DNA from: a virus
DNA: 64,000 nt
Direction: 5' to 3' (one strand)
IMG/VR virus record: IMGVR_UViG_3300002855_000209
Span: 851-64,850 of that record
Position 1 is the stretch's first letter. The number at the start of each line of letters is the position of its first letter. Positions 29,069 through 38,901 of this stretch are shown one piece after another. Under the pieces are notes generated by a model, which made no database searches, was not told where the DNA came from, and saw nothing but the letters and a program-made list of their open reading frames with translations. A program made the translations under genes and the position numbers.

Positions 29069-29605
29069 TTAATTATCTAAACTTTTAACAATATCATCCA
29101 AATACCAGTCCCTTGCAAAAGTATTTAAGTCTTCCATCTGCTTACCCATTACACCCAACAAACCACCTTCCCATATAGCATAAGCATGCTCACCATCTAA
29201 CATATAAACATTCTCTGGCATGGTTCTTAGGGTATAAACAGGATTTTGAAACTCATACTCTTTTCCAAGTGTCTGGAAATACTCTCCTTTCAGATAGAAC
29301 TTATCATCCCCTCTAAAACCGAGATAAACTTTGTTAAACTCCTTATCTTTTATTTTCTCAGCAAATTGTAGTAGAACCCTGTTTACATCTATTGGGCTAT
29401 TTTTCCCTGATACATCCCGCAAATCATATTTAAGCTCTGTCGGATTAATAAACCACTTATAGTGAACCCAGACTTCAACCCCTTTATTTCTGGGATCCTC
29501 TAGCAATACTGTATTCATATGCCGTTGAAGCAAGTAATAATTTAGTGAAAAAACAATAGCAACAAAACCAACTAATACCACAATGAATTTATATACCTTA
29601 GACAT
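29069..29605 (-). CDS. Membrane-anchored periplasmic moron protein
   Basis: N-terminal TM helix; 178 aa; no family recognised. Confidence 0.6.
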   Translation of the reverse strand: MSKVYKFIVVLVGFVAIVFSLNYYLLQRHMNTVLLEDPRNKGVEVWVHYKWFINPTELKYDLRDVSGKNSPIDVNRVLLQFAEKIKDKEFNKVYLGFRGDDKFYLKGEYFQTLGKEYEFQNPVYTLRTMPENVYMLDGEHAYAIWEGGLLGVMGKQMEDLNTFARDWYLDDIVKSLDN

Positions 29606-29607
29606 AG

Positions 29608-30180
29608 TTAAATCACTTTCTCTGCATTATTAAACTTTGAAGTATCAAACTTGAATTGACGAGTTCCATTCGAATAAAAAGGTAGCTCAACCATTAGTGA
29701 ATTAACTTTTCGAATATTGTCTAAAAAAGCTTTAGAATTTTCAGTAAAAATTAATATAGTGCCATCACTACCAGATGTCTCATATTTTTGGAAATTAAGA
29801 TATTGAATTGGGCTATTTCCAAACTTAACTGCTGTATAACAGTAATCATTACAGTCATACTGGCCTTTATCTATTGTTAGAAATATTTTTGGGTCATCTG
29901 ATTTAGAGTCAAGAATATCAAATTGGAGTTTATTCTCCCCGTCATAAGGAAAGTTTAGATCAGCATTATTCTCAGAACGCAAAGCAAGCCACTTAGACTC
30001 TGTGTTCCGCATTTCATCTTTGCTAACTACAGTTCGCCATTTCCCTGTTTGAGATTCAAGACTTGAGTCATTTGTATTGCTACTAACGCTTGAGGCTTTT
30101 TTAGCATTATCACTATTACTACAGCCGATCAAACCCAAAAGAACACTTAAAAATAATATTTTTTTCAAGTTTTTCACCAT
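29608..30180 (-). CDS. Lipoprotein moron
   Basis: Lipobox LIGC; Ser-rich linker. Confidence 0.65.
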   Translation of the reverse strand: MVKNLKKILFLSVLLGLIGCSNSDNAKKASSVSSNTNDSSLESQTGKWRTVVSKDEMRNTESKWLALRSENNADLNFPYDGENKLQFDILDSKSDDPKIFLTIDKGQYDCNDYCYTAVKFGNSPIQYLNFQKYETSGSDGTILIFTENSKAFLDNIRKVNSLMVELPFYSNGTRQFKFDTSKFNNAEKVI

Positions 30181-30271
30181 TTGTTATAAAATGTACTAAC
30201 TTTAACAAAGTGGTTACTAATTGTCACATAAAGAAAAACCACCAGAAGGTGATTATTTATTGTTTAAAAAT

Positions 30272-30640
30272 TCATTTAGAAGCTTCATAGCCTATTATGC
30301 ATTTATTGAAAAACATTGATGAATAATCTTTCCTGTATACTTTTCTTTCCCTTTCATTCACAGGAAATGGTATATAGTCGTAGGCAAAATCAATTAATTT
30401 CTTACTAAAAACAATCCCCACTTCATCTTGGATCTTTTCTTCGACTAAATTATATTGCTCCTCTCGACTTTGACCATTGAAATAATTATCCCAATAGACC
30501 AATGCTAGCTCTGTATATAATTCACACCTTTTCTTTATTTCCATATTTTCCAATGATTTGGCTTGAACCGTACCTATCAATGTAAACATAAGTGTAAATA
30601 GATAAAGCCTTTTCATTAGATTTCTCTTAGATTTTGTCAT
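30272..30640 (-). CDS. Secreted moron protein
   Basis: Signal peptide ending VQA; 122 aa in track. Confidence 0.55.
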   Translation of the reverse strand: MTKSKRNLMKRLYLFTLMFTLIGTVQAKSLENMEIKKRCELYTELALVYWDNYFNGQSREEQYNLVEEKIQDEVGIVFSKKLIDFAYDYIPFPVNERERKVYRKDYSSMFFNKCIIGYEASK

Positions 30641-30674
30641 TTTATAAATCAGTGTCTATTAAATTAATAATATT

Positions 30675-31313
30675 CTAGTAGTGAAGAGTAGAAAACTTAG
30701 TTAACGTTAAATTTGTAGTATCCCTAATCGGATAAGATTTGCCGTTAATTATCAAAGGGAAAAATTTTGCTTTTTTACGGAATTCATCTAAAACAAAATT
30801 ATCTAATTCTTGAAAGCCGGTACTTATTTGAATCTTTGCAACTGTGATATTGCCATTCTCATCTGCTTCTGAATAAATACTCATATATCTGATTTGCCCT
30901 TTAAGATCATCTTTATTCACCTTAATTTCAGGAAAAAATTCAAATATTGGCTTTCTAGAAACATCAAAACTGAATGGCTGCTTACCATAAAATCCAACAT
31001 AAAAACCATTTTCTTGATAAGGGTAAAAGCTAGCATTCTTCATGGCTTTTAAGCTTTTTCTATCTAGAGATTCAATACCACTACTTTTAATGATTGTCGT
31101 ATCTATTACTTTACCCTTTTCATTCGCTAAAAAACCTACAACAACCTCTCTGTCATATCCTTGAAGCTCCTGATCGCTAATATTAATTTTAGGGATTTGC
31201 TTCCAGTGTAAATTTGGAGGCATTACTTCGATTAAATTTTTAGGATCACTAGCATACACATTAAGCGCAAAACAAAATGATAAACTTAATAAAATTTTTA
31301 AGAGAATTTTCAT
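30675..31313 (-). CDS. Secreted protein with two TonB C-terminal-like domains
   Basis: Signal peptide (VYA); GKVIDTTIIKSSG..LD...KAM...FYPY.ENG and GNI..AKIQISTG..ELD...FFP..ING. Confidence 0.7.
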   Translation of the reverse strand: MKILLKILLSLSFCFALNVYASDPKNLIEVMPPNLHWKQIPKINISDQELQGYDREVVVGFLANEKGKVIDTTIIKSSGIESLDRKSLKAMKNASFYPYQENGFYVGFYGKQPFSFDVSRKPIFEFFPEIKVNKDDLKGQIRYMSIYSEADENGNITVAKIQISTGFQELDNFVLDEFRKKAKFFPLIINGKSYPIRDTTNLTLTKFSTLHY

Positions 31314-31560
31314 ATTAATCCAAGATTTAAAATATTTTTTGAAAGTATAGAAAGTGATTAAATTATAAATGATTTCAACCGCAATTAACGACAAAAGTTT
31401 TTTGTAGAAATTAATTACAGCATCAAAATCTCTAGTTAAAGTTTGCTCGGTTTATTCATGCTGTGAAAGCTTGAATAGAGCTGGCATGTACTGTTTTTTG
31501 AAGACTTTAGAGTATGTGTGACGCAATAACTAAAATAGCCATCACGTAGATAGCTATTTA

Positions 31561-31896
31561 TTACTTTTTGAATTTAGTAGAAATCTTCTTATGAGCCTCT
31601 TCAATAAATAGATTATCCAAGGCAAATATAGAGTCATTAAAGATATGAGCATCAACAGGCAAATCATTATGCTCAGCATATACATTGATAGCCTGCTGAT
31701 CTAAAGATAATGGAATGCCCTGCTCATATCGTCTAGATCTGATAATCGTGCTAAAGGCTGCAAGAATTGATTCAGCCGCATAAGAATATTCTGGTGGGTC
31801 TGGAACATGACCACCTAAGAACTTGATTTGTTCGATTTCGTGCGGCGTTTTCGACGCATACGTTTTCTGGTATTTGTAGAGCTCGATGACTTTCCC
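31561..31896 (-). CDS. Tail assembly chaperone, -1 frameshift extension (gpGT-like)
   Basis: -1 frame from GGGAAAG reads GKVIELYKYQKTYAS...ISTKFKK* and is open to 31561. Confidence 0.75.
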   Translation of the reverse strand, partial: GKVIELYKYQKTYASKTPHEIEQIKFLGGHVPDPPEYSYAAESILAAFSTIIRSRRYEQGIPLSLDQQAINVYAEHNDLPVDAHIFNDSIFALDNLFIEEAHKKISTKFKK

Positions 31897-32324
31897 AGTA
31901 TTGTCGCCTTGTCCTTATCAGCTTCCTCCTGAATCTTTTGCGCCTGCTCTTTAATAAATGACCAGATAACAATACCTATATCACCAAGATTAAGAAGCTT
32001 TGACGCATTTTCAGGTGTATACGGTTTTTCAGTTTCAACTGTTTCGCCTTCAACCACCTCAGCAAAAACAACACCTTTCCAGTCTTCAATTAAATGCGCT
32101 CCAGCCGCATCTAATAAAAGCTCATGATAAAGCTTTCCGTTTTCATCTTTTGCCATCACATCATAGCCTTTAGACGAGATCTGATTGCCAGCCTTTTCCA
32201 ACGCAACTTGAAAAGGTTTATAACCGATCCCACGAATTTTAAACTCTGCCTGTCCAGCTGCAGTTTCAAACGTGTACCACTTAGATACTTCTGAACTTCG
32301 TACAATTCCAACTTTTAAAGCCAT
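31815..32324 (-). CDS. Tail assembly chaperone (gpG-like)
   Basis: Between major tail protein and tape measure; in-frame slippery G GGA AAG at 31890-31896. Confidence 0.8.
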   Translation of the reverse strand: MALKVGIVRSSEVSKWYTFETAAGQAEFKIRGIGYKPFQVALEKAGNQISSKGYDVMAKDENGKLYHELLLDAAGAHLIEDWKGVVFAEVVEGETVETEKPYTPENASKLLNLGDIGIVIWSFIKEQAQKIQEEADKDKATILGKSSSSTNTRKRMRRKRRTKSNKSSS

Positions 32325-32394
32325 ACCTACCTCTGAAATTTAGAAAATAAAAAAGCCCATGGGATTCCATAGGCTTAAGGTTTCATGATTTGAA

Positions 32395-33312
32395 TTACAC
32401 AAGTGCACGCACAATCGTAGGGGCTGTACGAACTTGGGCAAAGTTGATATCTACAGTAATAATATCGTCTCCACCGCCATCGGGATGATTTGCTTCCATG
32501 ACTTCTAATTGAGGGAAGTTAAACGAGTATTTACTGCCTTTGCTGTCTTTAATATCAAAGGCCAGCGTAAATACATCTCGGGTTTTAATGGCATCAATCC
32601 AGCCTGCCGCAGTAGCTGAGAACATGAATGATGCATTAGCTTCGATATCCATCATCTTCTCTAAGTAAAACTCTGGCGTGTACTTACCTGAACCAATACA
32701 GCGAATAGCTTCAAGATTATTATTAATTGATAGTGTGAGTGACTGCATACATGCCTTACCTTGAATGGATTGACCATTCACAAGTAAGTTTTCAACGTTA
32801 GGCATACTGACCAGTGGGCGGCTTGATGCTGCTACTGGATTGGTAACCGGATTGACCTGTTGACGGGTAAATGAATTACCAACCAAGCCAAAGTTACCAG
32901 TAATCTTTCCTGTGGTCTGAATTGTAATTTCACCCGTATTTACCTGAACACCTCGGTAAATAAAAACCTGTCCAACATCTTCAAAGACTTTAACCACGGT
33001 AAATGATTTACGTACGGTTCCTCCAAAGCTAAGTGCATTTGCTGCCCAGTTATTAAATGCGAGCGCACTTAAGAATAAGTCAAATGTACCAACTGACAAT
33101 TCAAACTCTAACTGACCAGCCACCTCAGCTTCAGTAACCACTCCACCTTGTCGGAAGCGAGAATCAACAACTTCACTACTTTCTTCTGTAGAAACATTTT
33201 CAGATAAGCCATCTGAAACACGGCGAACGGTATACCAGATCGGGTTTGCCGGAGTAGTTCCTAGTACTGCTTCTTCACAAGCGTATAATCGAATTTTTGC
33301 GCCTGAACTCAT
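32395..33312 (-). CDS. Major tail tube protein
   Basis: Position and size; upstream of chaperone; beta-rich composition. Confidence 0.8.
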   Translation of the reverse strand: MSSGAKIRLYACEEAVLGTTPANPIWYTVRRVSDGLSENVSTEESSEVVDSRFRQGGVVTEAEVAGQLEFELSVGTFDLFLSALAFNNWAANALSFGGTVRKSFTVVKVFEDVGQVFIYRGVQVNTGEITIQTTGKITGNFGLVGNSFTRQQVNPVTNPVAASSRPLVSMPNVENLLVNGQSIQGKACMQSLTLSINNNLEAIRCIGSGKYTPEFYLEKMMDIEANASFMFSATAAGWIDAIKTRDVFTLAFDIKDSKGSKYSFNFPQLEVMEANHPDGGGDDIITVDINFAQVRTAPTIVRALV

Positions 33313-33364
33313 TTATGGTTCTCCAAAATTTTGGTAATAAAAAACCCGCTGATTTAGCGGGTTA

Positions 33365-34462
33365 TTAAAGTGTTTCATGTGTATTTGAGATTTCAGGCGG
33401 TTCAACACCAGCCAATGCTGCAGCTACTGCTTCAGATAAGTTGGTAGGCTGAAAATCAACGGGTGTTTCACTCCCTGGTTCCTCAGGCTCTGATTCGGGT
33501 TCTTCATGCAATCGAATATCAATCCAGCGGGATTCAGGGATATCTACCGGATTATCGAAATCAGGAACAATTGAGGCTGTCTCGATATCGAACTTTTTCT
33601 TGTAGGTTTTTACTGAAATGTCTCCATCTTCAAGCTGCTCATAAGACACAGCTACAACAACATTGCCGTTAGCATCCTTCGGCATTTCGATATACCAGCC
33701 TTCTTTAGCAAAACCCAACGAGTCTTTAATCAGGTAGTCACCAACATCTAATTTTTCAAAACTGATTGGCTGTTTTGAAGCATCTTCATTCAGTTCAAGT
33801 GAATCAGCAAACAGTCTTGCAATCGGTGAAGCTGCTTTATAAACCCCGTTAGAATCGACAGTAAAGCCTTTTGAACTCAGTTCGCCTGTATTAGCCACAG
33901 TAACCAACTTCCCACTTGTGGCACTATTATCAGTGGCATAAACAATATTGTTCTTACTTGTATAAACAATTTGCTCGGTTTTACTAAGATTTCCAGTAGA
34001 AGAGTTATAACTCCATGCGATTACTGCCATGTTATTGGCACGAGTTGAGGTATAATACGGTAAGAATAACTCCGTTCCAGTAAGACCTCCACGTGTAATC
34101 ACAATTGAAGGTCCATAACCTGCAACAAACGGATTGGCATATATATTGGAGGGTGCATTTTTAAAACGTGTTTTTTGAGTACCAGACTTATAAACTAAAT
34201 CCAAATCTGTCTCCGGTTCAGATACTGGTGAAGCTCCATATCCAAAATCAGCAACACCGTAAGGACCAAAAGTTGCAACCTCTCCATTTCCAGTACCGAC
34301 ATTTTTTGTGGCCGCTGTACCGAGTCCTGTTACTTGAGACCAATCTGGCGTTAAATTTGGAATACCTGAGGCAAAAGGAAGCATAAACTGCCGCTTTCCT
34401 TGAGCAGAGTTATATTGAAAGGGCCGATGATCCCATGAAAATTTAAAAACTAGATTTGCCAT
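33365..34462 (-). CDS. Tail fibre-like protein
   Basis: GLGTAAT..VGT fibre-shaft motif; KAASPIARLF...WIDIRL fibre C-terminal motif. Confidence 0.55.
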   Translation of the reverse strand: MANLVFKFSWDHRPFQYNSAQGKRQFMLPFASGIPNLTPDWSQVTGLGTAATKNVGTGNGEVATFGPYGVADFGYGASPVSEPETDLDLVYKSGTQKTRFKNAPSNIYANPFVAGYGPSIVITRGGLTGTELFLPYYTSTRANNMAVIAWSYNSSTGNLSKTEQIVYTSKNNIVYATDNSATSGKLVTVANTGELSSKGFTVDSNGVYKAASPIARLFADSLELNEDASKQPISFEKLDVGDYLIKDSLGFAKEGWYIEMPKDANGNVVVAVSYEQLEDGDISVKTYKKKFDIETASIVPDFDNPVDIPESRWIDIRLHEEPESEPEEPGSETPVDFQPTNLSEAVAAALAGVEPPEISNTHETL

Positions 34463-34812
34463 TATGCTGTTACTCCATCAATTACTTGGAATGTCAGAGT
34501 TTCAGTATGTTGAATTACTCCACCTACAACTGCTTTGATATCCATCTGGCATAGACCCAAAGGCCATGCAACAGTGCTGGCAGTTGATTTCACGTTCAAC
34601 CATCCTTTCTGAGTCGCTTGGCTCAGTGCGGCGCAAGTTAATGTTGCTACAGCGGTACCATCCAAAGTTTTGACCTGAGAAGTAAAGGTATAACCCGTTA
34701 AATCAATCGCTCGACGTACATCATTGGCTGGATATTGCAGGGCATCATCAGTATCGACCAACTGCAAATTTAAGTTAAATGTGTCACCACGCTTAAAGAC
34801 ATGATTGCTCAT
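34462..34812 (-). CDS. Virion-associated protein (BppU N-terminal-like)
   Basis: FKRGDTF...IDLTGYTFTSQVK pattern; coupled to fibre-like gene. Confidence 0.45.
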   Translation of the reverse strand: MSNHVFKRGDTFNLNLQLVDTDDALQYPANDVRRAIDLTGYTFTSQVKTLDGTAVATLTCAALSQATQKGWLNVKSTASTVAWPLGLCQMDIKAVVGGVIQHTETLTFQVIDGVTA

Positions 34813-34907
34813 AAGTGATTCCTATAGACATAAAAAAACCACCGATGAGGTGGTAGTGAATATGAAGTCAAAAAACCGCCTATTAGCGGTCATTTAATTA
34901 AAGAGAA

Positions 34908-35126
34908 TTAGGGTTTGTAATCTAGATCAACACTTACTCCAGTAACAATATTGTGTTTACTTCCACCAATACTATTTATATTGGCCAATCGAATATTCAC
35001 ATCAGAAACACATAGCTTATTTTCACTTTGCCATTTGCTCAGCTCTACAGACATAACATCCTCAAGATGTCGTTCCAGTTCTTGCCGTTTAATTTCGATT
35101 TCTTCTAAAGTCAGCATACATGACAT
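34908..35126 (-). CDS. Phage hypothetical protein
   Basis: 72-aa ORF co-oriented in tail cluster, bracketed by terminator-like hairpins. Confidence 0.55.
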   Translation of the reverse strand: MSCMLTLEEIEIKRQELERHLEDVMSVELSKWQSENKLCVSDVNIRLANINSIGGSKHNIVTGVSVDLDYKP

Positions 35127-35182
35127 TTCAATTCACCTTGTTTTGTTCAAATTATTCACTAAATGCACCACTAAACTTATCA

Positions 35183-35557
35183 TTATTGTTGTTTTGGCTC
35201 ATTTTTAGCTCTCAAACATTCCTCCTCCACTTGGCGTGGAAAATTCACCATAGCAAGCATGCTATTTTCATCTTTTTCGCTTACTTCAGGAAAATCATAG
35301 ACCTTATCTACCGCATCACTCACATCATCTCTATAATCGTCACCCAAAAAACTTGTAAAAACTAATTTTATTGCATCCTTACTAACATTAGCCCACTTGG
35401 CGTTAAAAGTAGAAAAAGCAACTTTACCAATGTTCTCACAATATATTCCATTAGATATTTGGATAGGCGTAGGTGCAGTTTCTGGAATAGCAAACGCATT
35501 GCTCGATAAACATAATAATAGTGCAATAAATAGGCTTTTACTTTTCATGATTTTCAA
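35183..35557 (-). CDS. Secreted moron protein
   Basis: Signal peptide ending AFA; overlaps upstream stop by 4 bp. Confidence 0.55.
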   Translation of the reverse strand: MKIMKSKSLFIALLLCLSSNAFAIPETAPTPIQISNGIYCENIGKVAFSTFNAKWANVSKDAIKLVFTSFLGDDYRDDVSDAVDKVYDFPEVSEKDENSMLAMVNFPRQVEEECLRAKNEPKQQ

Positions 35558-35952
35558 TTAACTCTAAATTGTACTGATACATTGTACTGGATAAAATCGC
35601 TATCATTGCCTGCATTGATGGCTTGCCCCTGCAAACACTCCAGATGATCAATAATGAAATATTCGAAATGAGCGAGTAATGCATCGCTGAGCTCGGTAAT
35701 CGCTTTCTCTCCAGTATGAAGCCGATCGAAGCATTGGATCATGATATTACCCGTTCGTCGGGTGCAAGGTTTATCCGCAATGCCCGAGGTAAAACTCGGA
35801 CCACCTGCAATTGTTAAACGGCACCATATGCCGTCCTTTGGCACCTTAAAATCCGGAGCATTTGGATACTGAATTCTGTCTTGGGCAATACCTGTAAAGC
35901 TTTGCATACGGCTGATAATAGCTTGCCTTGTCTGCTCTAAAGTCATTGCCAT
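35554..35952 (-). CDS. Tail terminator protein
   Basis: IQYPNAP.F; position after HK97 gp10-like gene; likely start MAMTLEQ at 35952. Confidence 0.7.
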   Translation of the reverse strand: MAMTLEQTRQAIISRMQSFTGIAQDRIQYPNAPDFKVPKDGIWCRLTIAGGPSFTSGIADKPCTRRTGNIMIQCFDRLHTGEKAITELSDALLAHFEYFIIDHLECLQGQAINAGNDSDFIQYNVSVQFRVN

Positions 35953-35953
35953 T

Positions 35954-36334
35954 CTAGCCACCATACTTTTGAGAAATATAAGTAAACGTAGTGCTGTAAA
36001 TACCTTGCGGTGCTTGATCAGACCAGCCATTTTCTAAGCGTTCAGCATATGGCTGGTTGTTTTGTATGTAGACCAAATTGCCGAGCTTAAACTTCACAGC
36101 TTGAATAGCAGCATCCTGAACGGCGTTTGTTTCTGGTCCACGTACCCCATAGTCACCAGATCCAATCGATACAATATGGGAAGCACGATAAACACCCGTA
36201 TCAACTGGACTTGAAACAACTAATGATTGCACTGTATCCATCGTAATTTTCTTTACCTTATCTTCTGCTGCTTTAGAGACATCAAGACTAAAACTAGTCG
36301 GTTTTTTTCCCTTCCACCCCATAAATTTCTCCAT
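35954..36334 (-). CDS. HK97 gp10-like tail completion protein
   Basis: SPVDTG..RAS and NN.PYA.RLE.GWS.QAP.G motifs. Confidence 0.8.
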   Translation of the reverse strand: MEKFMGWKGKKPTSFSLDVSKAAEDKVKKITMDTVQSLVVSSPVDTGVYRASHIVSIGSGDYGVRGPETNAVQDAAIQAVKFKLGNLVYIQNNQPYAERLENGWSDQAPQGIYSTTFTYISQKYGG

Positions 36335-36381
36335 TAAAAAACCACTCAGATAAGAGTGGTTTTTTCTTTTTCAAAAGGTTC

Positions 36382-37257
36382 TTAATTAGCGCTTCCACAA
36401 ATATCAGTAGTACCTGTTGGATATGTAAACTGCATATTTGCTTTATTAGTAATTAACTGGACTGAAACAGTTTTACCTAGAAATTTAGAATTAGGATTTG
36501 GTGATTGTATACCCGCCCCTTTAAAACCAATACTTTTTAAAGAGTTTTCCGTAAGTAAGTTAAGGTATCCATAATTTGTACCATTGATGATATACCCCAT
36601 TTGTTTACTAACCTGATTAAAATAAAGACCTACTCTAACTTTGCCATCTGTTGGCACCGTAACAGGGATTACCTTGCGATCAAGCTCCTTTGCAACTACT
36701 GAACCGGAACTATCTCTTTTAGTACTTGCTCCAGTGAGTGTCACATAACTTCCATCAGCATAATTTGCATCTTTATTAGATAACCCATAACCAAGATCTA
36801 AACTAATTTCATTTTTTAAATTAGAAGCTCCTAATATATTGAAGGCTAGCTGTTGAGTTTCATGGCTATCTCCTAATGCGATGTTTTTAATATTTAAAAC
36901 ATCAAATATAAACTCTGCTGCTATAATATTTGTTCCTATTACTGATTTATCAACTAAAGTAGTCTGAATAGAAGGTAAACTTATCATTTTACCGGAAGTT
37001 ACAATTTGGTCAGCTGGTGTACTTCCTATATAACCAATTGTTGCCGTACCTTTTTGCTCAGCAATACTAATTGGAGACATTAATTTAATCGGCCTTCCTC
37101 CTGCTGCATTTACCGCATCGACTTGAGACTGAGTTGCATCAAAACTATAAGTACAGGCAGCATAAGTATTTACTGAAACTCCACTGCTGATTAATAAACC
37201 CAAAATAATTTTATTCATGTAATCTTCCTTTTTTATTTGAGCAAACAGTATAGCCAA
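36382..37257 (-). CDS. Secreted DUF4882-like protein (copy 2)
   Basis: ACTYSFDAT...GKVRVGLYFNQ...GYIINGTNYGY...MQFTYPTG..DICG shared with 15083-15955. Confidence 0.7.
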   Translation of the reverse strand: MAILFAQIKKEDYMNKIILGLLISSGVSVNTYAACTYSFDATQSQVDAVNAAGGRPIKLMSPISIAEQKGTATIGYIGSTPADQIVTSGKMISLPSIQTTLVDKSVIGTNIIAAEFIFDVLNIKNIALGDSHETQQLAFNILGASNLKNEISLDLGYGLSNKDANYADGSYVTLTGASTKRDSSGSVVAKELDRKVIPVTVPTDGKVRVGLYFNQVSKQMGYIINGTNYGYLNLLTENSLKSIGFKGAGIQSPNPNSKFLGKTVSVQLITNKANMQFTYPTGTTDICGSAN

Positions 37258-37452
37258 GCATATAAAAAGATTGATTAAAAACTGACAAGTGGTAATTTTT
37301 ATTTCTTTAAAAACTTTTTCTTATTTAACTTCTAACCAGCGTGTACTGCACATGTTGAAATGGAGAGATATGCCATAAGGGAATGTAATCTGTACTTATC
37401 ATTCACACTCCTAAATTATGGTCAATAAAAAACCCGCCGAAGCGAGTTAGAA

Positions 37453-38112
37453 TCACCTATCAGTAACTTTTAACGTTATTGCCTCTTCATTCAAATTATT
37501 AATCTTTTCTATTACTTCATTGATTTTTTGATCAATTTCATGAAAGTTAGGAACGTAGATAGAAATTTCATGATCGGTATTCATTTGAAACTCTTTATCT
37601 AACATATAAATATCACCAATAATACTTTTAAGTTTACCGGTAATTTCTTTAGCCAAATTTATAAAATTATCGATATTAATGTTAGTTTTCTTAATTCGGT
37701 TCATGTCACCTACAACTGCGGATACTCTCATTAATAATATATTCTTTGTATTATTAATTGCTAATCCTCGCTTTTCATCATTCTTTTCACCTGCGCAACA
37801 ATTGCTATAGAAATCCATAATCGCATACATAATTTGGTTTAATTCTTTTATAACTGCTTCACTCTCACTTTCTAACTTTTTTTCTAAGTGTTCCTTTCTC
37901 CAATCACTAAAGACTAGCCATGCTATCGCAGGTGCTAAAAAATATGCCAACAATGTTAAAGAATCTCTTAATACAACATAAAAATCTTTGTATTCAATAG
38001 TTTTTTTAAGATCAGAGTTTGTAATAAATCCCATAATAAAAAAAGATAAACAAAACATGCATAACCAAAAAATTGTGAGTTCTGTTTTTGCTTTTAATGT
38101 TGATTTAGTCAT
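37453..38112 (-). CDS. Membrane moron protein (2 TM + helical domain)
   Basis: AT-rich insertion among neck genes; two N-terminal TM segments. Confidence 0.6.
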   Translation of the reverse strand: MTKSTLKAKTELTIFWLCMFCLSFFIMGFITNSDLKKTIEYKDFYVVLRDSLTLLAYFLAPAIAWLVFSDWRKEHLEKKLESESEAVIKELNQIMYAIMDFYSNCCAGEKNDEKRGLAINNTKNILLMRVSAVVGDMNRIKKTNINIDNFINLAKEITGKLKSIIGDIYMLDKEFQMNTDHEISIYVPNFHEIDQKINEVIEKINNLNEEAITLKVTDR

Positions 38113-38149
38113 ATATCCCCCTATTTTAGAAGGATATTAGACCAAGTAT

Positions 38150-38518
38150 TTAAACCTTCCTCAACTGACATTTCCAAATAGTTGCAGCCGGATCTTGTTG
38201 AATATGAATAACTCTGAATGAACCTGATGTTGTTACCCATTCATCATCTATTTTAAGGGCCATAGACACTTCATTTTGAAGTACGGTCGCTTTCTTATCT
38301 GTGGCCAGTACTCCAAGCGTTTGTATTTCATATTGACTGTATGAGCCAAATAGAACGCCACGACCCGTATAGTTTTCTTTAACTTCAACATAAGTTTCTG
38401 TCTTAGGATCCCAATTTGATTTAGTGACTCGCTCACACGTAAATGTATGAACGGCGTCTGCTAAATCTTCATTAAATGCTTCAGCAACTTCTGCCTGAAT
38501 TTCTTCACGTAAGCCCAT
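38150..38518 (-). CDS. Head closure/head-tail joining protein
   Basis: Position in neck cluster; IHIQQDPAAT.WKCQLR. Confidence 0.6.
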   Translation of the reverse strand: MGLREEIQAEVAEAFNEDLADAVHTFTCERVTKSNWDPKTETYVEVKENYTGRGVLFGSYSQYEIQTLGVLATDKKATVLQNEVSMALKIDDEWVTTSGSFRVIHIQQDPAATIWKCQLRKV

Positions 38519-38898
38519 TAAATTTTCCTGACAAAAAATACACGTTTACGTTTGCAATATGGCTTGATCAAATCAAGAATAAACTGCTCAGTTGCCGTTA
38601 GTTTTACCAATCCGTCTTGATATTCTGTTTCCGTCTCAACCGTATCAGCCTTTACTTTCTTGCGCTTTAATGCCTGTTCCTGACCTTGGTATAACTCCCC
38701 TTTCATGATGCCCTTGATGATCTGATAAGAGGCTGTTTTCAGGGGCTCAGGAACCAGAGTGACATCTTCATAAGGTTTAACATTACGTGCTAATAGATAA
38801 GCTTCTGACATCTGAAGGTATTGAGCCTTATCACTGGCAGATAAAGCATCAAAGCCTTCAACATGTTCTATCGCTTCTTGTTCAGTGATAAAGCTCAT
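38518..38898 (-). CDS. Head-tail connector (DnaT-like ssDNA-binding family)
   Basis: SFIT..EA start, VPEPLK.A, KVKADTVETEY; position after capsid. Confidence 0.65.
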   Translation of the reverse strand: MSFITEQEAIEHVEGFDALSASDKAQYLQMSEAYLLARNVKPYEDVTLVPEPLKTASYQIIKGIMKGELYQGQEQALKRKKVKADTVETETEYQDGLVKLTATEQFILDLIKPYCKRKRVFFVRKI

Positions 38899-38901
38899 GG
38901 T

